From Amphiscolops sp. MND2022 (lineage: Eukaryota): a DNA stretch of 64,000 nucleotides. The position numbers were made by a program, and so were the translations under genes. The stretch lies in contig OZ076410.1 in NCBI GenBank assembly GCA_964187785.1, positions 12,710,001 through 12,774,000 of the forward strand, given 5' to 3'. Below the pieces are notes generated by a model that was not told the origin of the DNA, ran no database searches, and worked only from the letters and a program-made list of their open reading frames with translations. Numbering within the stretch: position 1 is the stretch's first letter; every line of letters begins with the position of its first letter. Positions 1 through 10,649 of this stretch are shown piece after piece.

Positions 1-275
1 TGAGTTTCATTCGCTCTCGCTATAGCTGACAATTTCCTTTCTTTTTTTACTCGTTTGAACCGGTTGATAAATTCAATGTCGCTGAACCAGTTTTCGAAAT
101 CGATTAGGTATTCTAAATCTTCGATGACCTTCGCATCATCTTCTGTGAGTTGTGCAACTACCATGCAATCATTGCGGTCGGACTCCTTGTCATCCTAGTG
201 TGTGGGTTCTTCTACATCATTTGCCTCTACCGCTTCCTCGTCAATGTATGGATTGCGTGGTGGGCTCTGCTATTT
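1..275 (-). pseudogene. Decayed small acidic ORF downstream of pPolB, copy 1 (runs off window start)
   Basis: Clearly homologous to 4102-4373 (offset 4101). Minus-strand translation gives PRNPYIDEEAVEANDVEEPTH*DDKESDRNDCMVVAQLTEDDAKVIEDLEYLIDFENWFSD, with the same internal stop as copy 2. Confidence 0.55.
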
Positions 276-299
276 TTGAATAACTACTAAGTTTCTTTC

Positions 300-3200
300 G
301 GCTTCTTCCATGGGGTAAGGTTTGGGATGCCTTCTACTAGTACATAGTGTTTATCATCAAAGAGCTAAGAGACAACTGGTTGGTCTTGACGGTTTGCAAT
401 TGATATCGGATCGATCCGCGTGTTTAAGGTCTAGGAAGATTCATCCGTCCGCAGAGTTGTTTTCAAAAGCTCATGTGTAAGCTTTCGTTGAGCGAATTTG
501 GTGACGCCCTTTGCTGATGCCTTTAGCTTTCCACCTGCCAAGATGGGATACATTTTTGGCTTGATGCCTACAGTTTCGTCGATGGGTGTTCCTCCAAGCC
601 CACCTTTAAACTTGAGTGTCACCATTTTGTACTCAGCATTGTAACGTTTATGATCTAAAGGGTATTTTGAAAAGTCAAAAAATTGACGCAACTGCGTTTT
701 TGGCAAGCTCGTCAAAGAAATCTGTATGTTTCACTTCGTATATCACTGAGTCGGTGTCCGAGTACGACACAAAGCAAATGAGATGCTTTCTCATCAAATT
801 GTAATGGAAATCAAACATGACGTATTTTGCCAAGTCTAGTGTCTACTACAGCAGCCCAACTTTTGTAGGTTTCTTCCACGTGATGGATCGTTTCCTTGAA
901 GATATTGCTGCTAGTTCTCATGGAAAATCTTGAACTCCTGAAAAAAGGAGGCGTCTGTCCTCCTCAATAGAGCTTCGCTGTTGGCGATAAGATGTACACT
1001 CACGCGGTGCCGTTCACTCTCAAGAGTTTTGTCATAGCATGGATTGTTCATGAGTTTGAAAAAACTCTCTTCGAACACTTTTCGGGATTCTTCGTATTTG
1101 AGGTATTTAGCTTCTTATTTGGTTGCATCCACTTTGTTTGTTTGAACATTAACAGCCGTTGTACTTTCTTATCTCCCATGACAATGCTAACGTAGAGCTT
1201 CAGTGTTTTATAAGGGACGGTATAGTTCTTTTTGTCAGACAGTGATTGAATCAATGCTTTACCTGGACTGAAAAGTCTAGCAACTCTTGTTGACTTTCCC
1301 CCAGACATTTGTAGTAGACTCTCTCTTTTGTTGGAGCCAGTGGAAAATGCTCATGTCCATCAGAAAGCCTATCGGGGTAACGAAGGTTCTAGAAAATATC
1401 CTTCTTGGGAGTCGTTAGATGGTTCCAAGATTTGGTCCTAATTAATTTTTTGAATTGTTTCGAAGCTTTCTAATGGCAATGGTATGTTTTCCATGACACG
1501 GCCATACAAGTTGTTCGCTTCCAGTAAAACGCCCTAGGTGTCATATTCGCTTTTCTTGTGGTCTTCTAGGTATCTGTTGTTGGCGTTGAAAAGTCTCTTG
1601 TCAACCACTGGAGATACACAGCCTCTAATCATATTTTAAACCATTTCCACGTGGGAGCGATCAATTAACAGTTCAATGTATGCCCGGCATATTTTGAAGA
1701 AAGCATAACCAGATAGGCGGGAATAAGTAAAATTGTGTGCACTGTCCAAGCCATAGGTCATATAACAAAAACCCACGAACTTCTTCAACCACGTATGCGA
1801 AAAGTAGAGCGTCAATTGAAAGGCACGAACCGTAGTAATCACCAAAGTTTGCGTATTGAAACTGCTCGTATCTTTTCTCCGCATGTTGCCATTGATCCTC
1901 AGTATTCATAACTTCCCCATTGCGCAGAGAATCTTTCCATTGTTCTCTAGGTGGTAGCTTCTGTCTTGGAAGTTTTTTAAAGTTGTCAAAGTAGAGTTAC
2001 GGATAATACCCGTTTTGACGTAAGGGGTCTCGCTCTTCTTTAAAATATTCGGGAACAATTTCGTCAAGTACTTCAAATTTCTTTTCCGGCAAGTATGAAA
2101 CTAATTTTTTTTACCGAAGCACCCATGAATTGGTACGCGTCGATAAATAGCAGATACTCAAATACTGTCTTCGTCACTACATTTTGTCTTGGAATATTAT
2201 AACAGGTACACCGACTGACAGTGTTATGTATTTATCATCCGTTGATGGTAACACATCAAGTTTAAAAACTGATTTGAACATGTGGTTGTTCATTCAATCA
2301 TGGTTCAAGTTCTGGTTTGACGAAATGTGAGGCATGGAATGAAGTGTGTGGTTTTCCTGTTGATATTACATTTTGGGTTAGCGAAACCGAGAAACATACC
2401 AAAGTAGTGACGATGGTAATTGAGTGTTTCGTCTTCTATGCCTCTAGTCAGCCCACCAGACTGACTTTGGCAGATCCATGAAAAATGTGCTTCCTGAGGC
2501 CTTTCTGCTACTTCTTCACGAAAGTATCGACGGTTTTGCGTTCTTTTATACATTTCGTGGTCACTTTACTCGAGTGGTTCAATAGCTTTCTTCGTGCAGT
2601 TTTAAGAACGTTCTAGCTGCAGGACAATTTGGGAAGGCTTTCCAGGTTTAATACCAACAAAACAGACGCTGCTAGGTTGTTGTAATTCAGTGGAACTTGT
2701 TGATTCGTTTTTTTTGCCAGCGGGCAAGTGGTTGAAGAATTGCTTTGAGATGAAATTAGATACCGACTAGGGCAAACCTTCTCGCATTCACGTTTTTGAA
2801 TGTCAGTCCAATTGTTTCTGACTGATGCATTTTCACAAAAGCGTGCTCGTGATGCAGGATCTAAGTTTGTTACGTTTGTAAACGTTTTCATGGGAGCAGA
2901 TGTGAAAACAGTTTCTGCAGAGTACTCGTTGACACGCCAAAGTCGTTCCTTTTACCAAGTTCACTAGTCTTGAAAGGCCCTGTATCCAAACGTAGTGATA
3001 CTCCTGTCCTTCGTCCACTAACAATGAATCAACATTGGAAATGTTGTCTTCACGAGAAACTCTCATTGGAACCTTTTCGTTTTCAGTATAGCGAAAAACG
3101 TTAACGTTGCCTTTGTTCATTTTTTCCAATCGTAACATCTGTCCAAAACCCGTGGATTTTTCATAGTCACCCAATGTTCGATGAACTAAATGATTTCGTG

Positions 3201-3560
3201 CGGAATAAGTTTCAGGTTTCGTTCGTCTGCCACTGGAATCCCAGCTAGCCACATAGAGTAGAGGTTCATGTTCCAGGTGCCTAGGCGTCTGTAAAGCAGT
3301 ACGAAAAGCAATTTTGATCTTGTCGGTTAAGAATGTTGAGCAGTAAAAGCGGTGTATCCAGTTCTGGTGAAGTAGGAATGTAAGAGGATCCCCGAGTTGG
3401 GTTGAAGGTGGCAAATTTAGTGTATAGTCCAATTATTTCGTCCATAATTCACCAACTTCTGGAAGCAGTGAACGTAAACAAAGCGTTGATCATTTTGACA
3501 ACTGCTGCCAGGAAATTGTTTCCCGAGAGGGTATTGCCGTAGACAGATACCATGTGTGAT
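300..3560 (-). mobile_element. Polinton/Maverick-type protein-primed DNA polymerase B (pPolB) with endonuclease VII-like insertion, frameshifted relic, copy 1
   Basis: Motifs appear in order on the minus strand across broken frames: RGSSYIP..NILN..CF (~3330-3420); YHYVWIQGLSRL..CRNCFH (~2890-3005); W-I-C..YHRHYFGMFLGFANPKCN, like the EndoVII/HNH RDHCH..G.YRG.AH..CN motif (~2370-2490); YGLDSAHNFT (~1730-1760); polB motif A EANNLYGRVM (~1495-1525); motif C YSDTDS (747-764); VGIKPKMY..AKGV (~500-575); LSSFDDK (~350-370). Confidence 0.88.
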
Positions 3561-3733
3561 CTAAGAAAAAATTCAGTTCCTTCTCTTTTTGCCCTCTTTC
3601 AAAGCTCTATTTTTTTCCTACGCAAGTTTTTTTCATTTTACGGTTTTGAAGTCGCAGTTAGGCCTGCAGGGGCAGTATATAAATCAAAACTATTCCGCTT
3701 TTTAATGCATTCCAGTTCCATTCTTTGATAAAG

Positions 3734-3757
3734 GGCCCGCAATTAAGCCTGCGGGCC
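3734..3757. other. GC-rich hairpin in the spacer between the two pPolB units
   Basis: GGCCCGCA (3734-3741) and TGCGGGCC (3750-3757) form a perfect 8-bp stem with an 8-nt loop, in AT-rich context. Confidence 0.6.
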
Positions 3758-4080
3758 TGCAATAAAGCCCAGTATTTTGTTTTTGCGGAAATTTTTCCAC
3801 TTGATGATTAGGGAAAAGCGATTAGACTTGCAAGGCGGCATTTAAGGCAAGTATTTTAGTTTTTCAATCATCTAACGATTAGTTTTTGACTGAAAGCCTT
3901 CATTTTACGGCTTTTGGGGAATCACTTGTGCTATTAGACAACGCGCTGGCCAATAGAAGGAGAGCAAAACAACGATGAATGCAAAAAGTTACTGAAACCT
4001 ATGTAACTACTTGAAACTTTACACAACAGGTAGTGAGAATAGTACAAAATAAAACAAATATAGCACATGGATTGCACTGG

Positions 4081-4380
4081 CTAGCACCCTTTGAAGTAAC
4101 TTGAGTTCCGTTCGCTCTCGCTACTGCTGACAATTTCCAATCCATTTCTTTTTGCTCGTTTCATCCGGTTCACAAACTCGTCGTCGCTGAACCAGTTGTC
4201 GAAATCGATTAGGTAGTCTAAATCTTTAATGGCGTTCGCTTCGTCTTCTGTGAGTTGTGCAACTACCATGCAATCATTGCGGTCGGACTCCTTGTCATCC
4301 TAGTGTGTGGGTTCTTCTACATCTGTTGCCTCTAACGCTTCCTCGTCAATGTATGGATTGCGTGGTGGGCTCTGCTACCC
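4081..4380 (-). pseudogene. Decayed small acidic ORF downstream of pPolB, copy 2
   Basis: Translates PRNPYIDEEALEATDVEEPTH*DDKESDRNDCMVVAQLTEDEANAIKDLDYLIDFDNWFSDDEFVNRMKRAKRNG; homologous to 1-275. Confidence 0.55.
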
Positions 4381-4659
4381 TTGATTGTTCTCTGAGTTTA
4401 TTTCGTCTTCTTCCAGCTCGGAATCGGTGTACTTTCTTTAATTCATACCCGAATCAAGGGGGCGACCGTGCTATCATCAATCCTTGAGTAAGTGAGACTG
4501 ACACAACCTCACTTAGTCACAATTGAAGACCTGAGAAGTTGTGTTTTGGGGATCGATACAGCTTAGTTCACCCCAAGAAAGACTTGCTTGCATTTCGTTG
4601 TCTTCATGTCCCCATTCTGGTTCATCCAGAATGGCTTGCCCAATATGAACATCCCTGAT

Positions 4660-6836
4660 CATGTAGTGACCATGGGGTAAAGTTTGAGATGCGTCTTCTA
4701 ATACATAGCGCTTATCATCAAAGGTCTAAGAGACAGCTTGTTGGCCTTGATGGTTTGCAATTGATGTCGGGTTTAAGGTCCAGAAAGATTCACCCCTCTG
4801 CAGAGTTCTTTTCAAAAACTCATGTGTTAGCGTTCGTTGAGCGAATTTGGTGACGCCGTTGCTGATGACTTTTGCTTCCCACCTGTCAAGATGGGATACA
4901 TTTTGGCTTGAGGCCTATAATTTCGTCGATGGGCGTTCCTCCCATTTCACCTTTGAACTTGACTGGCACCATTTTGTACTCGGCATTGTAACGTTTATGA
5001 TCTGTGGGTATTTTGAAAAGTCAAAAAATTGACGCAACTGCGTTTTTGGCAAGCTCGTCAAAGAAATCTGTGCGTTTCACTTCGTATAGCATTGAGTCTG
5101 TGTCCCAGTACTACACAAAGCATATGAGATGCTTCCGCATCACATTGTAATGGAAATCAAACAAGACGTATTTTGCCATGTTTCATACAGCAGCCCCAAC
5201 TATTGTAGGTATGTTCCACGTGATTGATTGTTTCCTTGAAGATATAGCTTCTAGTTCTCATGGAAAATCGTGAACTCCTGAAAAAAAGAGGTGTATGTCC
5301 TCCCCAATAGAGCTTCGCTGTTGGCAAAAAGATGTACACTCACCCGGTTCCGTTTACTCTCAAGAATTTCGTCGTAGCAAGGTTGTTCATAAGTTTGAAG
5401 AAACTCTCTTTGAACGTTTTTTGGGATTTTTTTTGAAGTATATCACTTCATATTTGGTTTCAAGCACTTTCTTCGTTTGAAGTTTAACACCCTGTGATTT
5501 TCTTATCTTCTATACCAAGGCTAACGTAGAGCTTCAGTTTTATTTAAAAAATGGTATATTTCTTTTTGTCAGACAGTGGTTGAATCAATATTTTACCTTG
5601 ACTAAAAAGTCTAGTTTCGCCCATCTTTTTTTCAACAATAATTGTTGGCTTCCTCTTAGATTCTCTTTTTTGTTGGAGCCAGTGGAAATTGCTCATGTCC
5701 ATCACGAAGCTTATCGGGGTAGTAAAGCTTCTAGATTGTATCCTTCCTCGGTGTCGTTAGATGTTTCCAAGATTTTGTTTATTTAAAGTTTTGAATTGTT
5801 TCGAAACTGTTTAATGGCAGTGGTAGTTTTACCAAGACACGGCCATGCAAGTTGTTTGCGCCCAGTGAAACGCTGTAGGTGTCATATTCGCTGCTCTTAT
5901 GGTCATCCAGGTATCCGTTGTTTGCGTTGAAGAGTCTCTTGTCAAACACTGAAGATACACAGCCTCTAATCATGTTTCAAACCAATTCCACGTCGGTATA
6001 ATCAATTAAAAGTTCATTGTCTGCCAGGCATATTTTGAAGAAGGCATCACCAGATAAGTGGGAATAAGTAAAATAGTGTGCACTGTCCAAGCCATAGGTC
6101 ATGTGACACAGGCTACAAACTTCTTCAACTACGTATGCCAAGAGTAGTTTGTCAGGTAAAAGTACACATCGTGGTAATCACCCAAGTTTGCGTATTGGAA
6201 CAGCTTGTTTTGATGTAAGAGGGCTCGCTAGGGCTCGCTGCTATGCCTCTAGTAAGCCCAAAATGACTTTGGCAGATCCAAAAAAGTGCTTCATGAGGCC
6301 TCTCTGGTACTTCATCACAAAAGTAACGATGGTTTGCTTTCTTTTATACATTTCGTGATCAATTTACTTAAGTGCTTCAATAGATTTCTCAGTTTTAAGA
6401 ACGTTATAGCTGCAGGACAATTTGCGAAGGGTTTTCATGTTCAATACCAACAAAGCAGATGCCGCTAGGTTGTTGTAATTCAATGGAACTTGTTGATTCG
6501 TTTTCTTTTTGGCAGCGGGCAAGTTGTTGAAGAATTGATTTGAGATCAAAATAGATAACAACTGCGGCAAACCATCTCGGATTCAAGTTTTTGAATTTTA
6601 GTCCAATTGTTTCTGGCTGATGCATTTTCGCAACAGCGGGCTCGTGATGCAGGAACTAAGTTTGTTACGTTTGTAAACGTGTTCATCGGGGCAGATGTGA
6701 AAACAGTTTCTGCAGAGTGCTCGTTGACACATCAAAGTCGTTCCTTTTACCAAGTTCACCAGTCTTAAAAGGTCCTGTATCCAAACATAGTGATACTCCT
6801 GACCTTCGTCCACTAACATTGAATCAACATTTTCAA
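4660..6836 (-). mobile_element. Polinton-type pPolB relic, copy 2 (two internal deletions, 5' part replaced by a LINE fragment)
   Basis: Collinear with copy 1 (roughly 80-85% identical by eye). Shows YHYVWIQDLLRL..CRNCFH (6700-6810), RGCVSSV..ANNGY..GANNLHGR (5830-5970) and YWDTDS (~5095-5115). Lacks the segments matching ~1870-2010 and ~2040-2435 of copy 1. Confidence 0.88.
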
Positions 6837-7345
6837 TCAATTTCCGAGGTTCGCATTGAAATCGCCAGCTAGAACAAAATCTTGACCTTTCAGTCTCCGC
6901 ACTGTTTTTGCAAGGGCGCTGTAAAACATTTCGGTTTCAGTGGCATCCTTTATTGTGCGGCCCATGTGCGGTGCATATGCATTGACTACTGTGATGTTAT
7001 TCTGTTTTTCCCTTGTTCTGAAAATTTTCAATGCTTTTTCGGGTATTCTATTGCAACACTTTGTTTTTTCTGACTGTAATGACAGAGATTCTGTCACAGA
7101 TTTTCTCAAACTTTACCACAGCCAGATTTTTGTCGATAGCAAAACCTAGGCCATAGTTTTGGTTTTCTCGTTTGTGTAGATGAAACATGTAGTTTGTTTG
7201 TATATCCTCTGGGTCTTCTTGTTTGTCAATTTTCGTTTCTTGAAAGGCACATATATCTACTTCCTTCACCAAAACATTTTCCACATCCACTATTTTTCGT
7301 TTCAGGCCTATGATATTCCAAGTTCCAACTGAAAAGGAGCGTTTT
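6837..7345 (-). mobile_element. Non-LTR retrotransposon (LINE, RTE-like) APE endonuclease fragment; RT absent
   Basis: SFSVGTWNIIGL..DICAFQETK..YGLGF..RISVI, a frameshift at ~7050-7100, then ITVVNAYAPH..FYSAL..VLAGDFNANLG: the typical EEP/APE catalytic motifs. Abuts pPolB copy 2 directly. Confidence 0.85.
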
Positions 7346-8217
7346 AGATCAATTGGTTTCATTATTGAATGAGAACAGACAGACAGGTGATTACTCCTGC
7401 CTTCCTGCCAAACAACCCAAAAATATGAAAGAGACACGATTACAGAAAATCAACAACACAGGTTCCGGTGCAATTTGAATTTTTCAAACATGTCAGTTTT
7501 TCTACCCCATCGATGGGCCTTCCATGGAAAGGCTTTTTTGGATCCAAACTTTACCCTAAGAGTAGATTTTGATTAGTTTGCAGGAGGAATGAACTCCTAA
7601 AGTGCAATTATTACGCAATAGATATCTTGGAGGAACATCAATAGAATGAAATATTTTTTGAGTTTTTGAAACTTTTTGTGATTCGAATTATTGAAATTTG
7701 GTGATATCAAAATTTTGTGATTCAGAATCCAACCCTTGGACTTGGATTTATGACATAATAGAGTTTGTGTCACTATTTTTTCTGAACTTCACCACTTGTT
7801 CTAGAAAAATAGACGATTTTCTGAATAACTGCTGGTTTTTGAAAATGTCGTTGTGGTCTTTTTAATACAGTTTTCGAAATTGTTTCCATGGATGATTAAA
7901 ATACTCAGTTAAGAATAGTTTTAGCGCTCTACTAAATCATGTATTCTTTGACCTGTTTCAGACGGTCTGTTTTAAAGTCTCAGAACCATTGCTTCAAAAA
8001 TTTTTGAACTTAATGCTAGCAATGAGGTTAAAACTGTTCATAACCTTCGCTCACAAAAAAGCATTTCGAGAAACAGACTTGAACAGAATGTAATTCAAAG
8101 TTTGCAATTTTTACGGAAAGTTGAAAACAAAAAAAAACAAATTGTTTGAATTGTAGAAACGGGAACGACAAAATTTAACATAATTGATTGTAATGAAGTG
8201 TATGATTTGGCGGGTAT

Positions 8218-8426
8218 TTACAGGACTCTACAACGTGACCCATTCTTCCTCTTCTTCTTCTTGTCTTTTTCGGGTGGGTTCAGAACGATTCGCATGGCCT
8301 CGTCAAAAACTTCTTTGACTCCCTTCTGGGTCAGAGCCGAGCACTCGTAATAACGACAGCAGTTGATTTTGTATTCTTTGTTGATTCTTTTCTGAACTTT
8401 GATGGCTTCTTCCGATGTCACTATAC
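8218..8426 (-). CDS. Last coding exon of a Rho-family small GTPase (Rac/Cdc42-like) with polybasic region and CAAX box; probably part of a pseudogene
   Basis: Acceptor ..CCCCTGCAACAG ends at 8427 (phase 1). Exon reads [68 protein letters not shown], matching the Rac G5 region YxECSALTQxGxxxVFDEA; CRVL is a geranylgeranylation-type CAAX. Confidence 0.85.
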
Positions 8427-8519
8427 CTGTTGCAGGGGTGTAAAATTTAAGCACTCACGTTTAAAATTCAATAAAAGGAAGTTAGAGTTTGAAAATCAAT
8501 CTGTTGGGTATTTGTTTTC

Positions 8520-8740
8520 TCTGGAAGAGATGAACGCAACGATTGTAGCAGTATATCAGACGAAAGAAGTTTTTCGGTCCCAACCAAAATTAGCCGAGTA
8601 CCTTCCGAATCACACTACGAATTGAGCTCACGTTTACGAAGGTGTTAAAGAAAACGATAGCTTTTGAATTATAATTTTCGGATGATGAGAGCAGACAGGA
8701 AAATTAAACTGTTGCAACTATCGGATAGTTGACATACAGA
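8520..8740 (-). pseudogene. Decayed penultimate exon of the Rac-like gene
   Basis: ELNS*CDSEGTRLILVGTEKLLSSD aligns to Rac [23 protein letters not shown] (ILVGT at 8576-8590, in-frame TAG at 8615-8617). A frameshifted YP..FL.C..II trace lies upstream. I see no intact GT donor in the needed phase. Confidence 0.55.
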
Positions 8741-8832
8741 AGTTATTCATTTAGTTTCTAGAGTCCACCTTTGACCGGAGTTATGATCATAGCTAAAAAA
8801 AGTTCGCACTTGAAAGTTTGGTGTTTTTTTCG

Positions 8833-10648
8833 AATAACGTTTTCAATCAATACTGCTGGGAAGTTTTCCTGCTGTTTTCCTTCATACAGTTGTTTTAACA
8901 AAACATGAAGTTTCCAGGAGCATGCATGAGAAAAATGTGAAAAATACACCAGGGTACCAGAAAGCTAAAGACATTCCATTTCAAATATCACATCGCAAAA
9001 ACTTCGTTCATATTCGATAAACACAAACTCCATTGGAGCAAAACCCCATTTCGAACGATGAGTTTTCCGCCTCTGAGTCTATTAGGTGAGAGTTCAGTGA
9101 CACGATGAGAATAAGATGAATTTTGTAGGATAAAAGTTGAGTTGTTGATTTTGGCTATCGCAAAGTTTCACAGTCCAAAGAGAGAGAGAGAGAGAGAGAG
9201 AAAGAGTAACAAAATTGTCAGTACCTTGCAATTTTGTCAACTGGTGGTTGGTAGCTTCTCTTTGAAAGGTGGTAGGACACTTTTCTTACCTTTCGAGCAC
9301 TCTCATTGGTTTACCAATGAAGTGCTAATTAGAATTCCGTCACGTGACCGATCACTGTCGATTATGGTAGGGGGCTACCAACCACGAATCGCCCGTCAAA
9401 GTTACTTTCAAATCAATTTGCATAATACCAATTTCTTGAATTTACCGAGCGTTGGATAAATATCATCTTTGAGTCATCGTCATGTAATATAATTTAGCAA
9501 TGGACATAAAAACGAAGAAGTCTGAGTGTTTAGAAGATAAATTGCACTATTTCAAGGTGAGCGATGTAAAAGTGATGCGTGCGCTGTATTTAGGTAATAA
9601 TTGGATGAAAGAAAGTGAACTTTATCATTTAGACATCGTTTTTTACTCGTTATGCGTGTTCTTAGGTACATCTGTAATGGTGGATTGGAGTTATCGTTGG
9701 TAGGCCTTGACTGAAGTAAGGGGGTTAGAGTTTCTGCAGAAATAACGTTTTCAATCAATACTGCTGGGAAGTTTTCCTCCTGTTTTCCTTCATACAGTTG
9801 TTTTAACAAAACATGAAGTTTCCAGGAGCATGCATGAGAAAAATGTGAAAAATACACCAGGGTACCAGAAAGCTAAAGACATTCCATTTCAAATATCACA
9901 TCGCAAAAATTTCGTTCATAATCGATAAACACAAGCTCCATTGGAGCAAGACCCCATTTCGAACGATGAGTTTTCCGCCTCGGAGTCTATTAGGTGAGAG
10001 TTCAGTGACACTATGAGAATAAGATGAATTTTGTAGGATAAAAGTTGAGTTGTTGATTTTGACTATCGCAAAGTTTCACAGTCTAAAGAGAGAGAGAGAG
10101 AGAGAGAGAGAGAGTAACAAAATTGTCAGTACCTTGCAATTTTGTCAACTGGTGGATGGTAGCTTCTCTTTGAAAGGTGGCAGGACACTTTTCTTACCTT
10201 TCGAGCACTCTCATTGGTTTACCAATGAAGTGCTAATTAGAATTCCGTCACGTGACCGATCACTGTCGAATATGGTAAGGGGCTACCAACCACGAATCGC
10301 CCGCCAAAGTTACTTTCAAATCAATTTGCATAATACCAATTTCTTGAATTTACCGAGCGTTGGATAAATATCATCTTTGAGTCATCGTCATGTAATAGAA
10401 TTTAGCAATGGACCTAAAAACGAAGAAGTCTGAGTGTTCAGAAGATAAATTGCACTATTTCAAGGTGAGCGATGTAAAAGTGATGCGTGCGCTGAATTTA
10501 GGTAATAATTGGATGAAAGAAAGTGAACCTTATCATTAATACATCGTTTCTTACTCGTTATGCGTGTTCTTAGGTACATCTGTAATGATGGATTGGAGTT
10601 ATCGTTGGAAGGCCTTGACTGAAGTAAGGGGGTTCGACTTTCTGCAGA
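8833..10648 (-). repeat. Two-copy ~908-bp tandem derived from an LTR end + primer-binding site + leader of a Gypsy family; contains (AG)n
   Basis: Units 8833-9740 and 9741-10648 differ at ~27 positions (~97%). Each contains minus-strand ..CTAATTAGCACTTCA-T-TGGTAAACC (TGG at 9316-9314 and 10224-10222), homologous to the LTR/PBS junction at 13196. Confidence 0.8.
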
Positions 10649-10649
10649 A

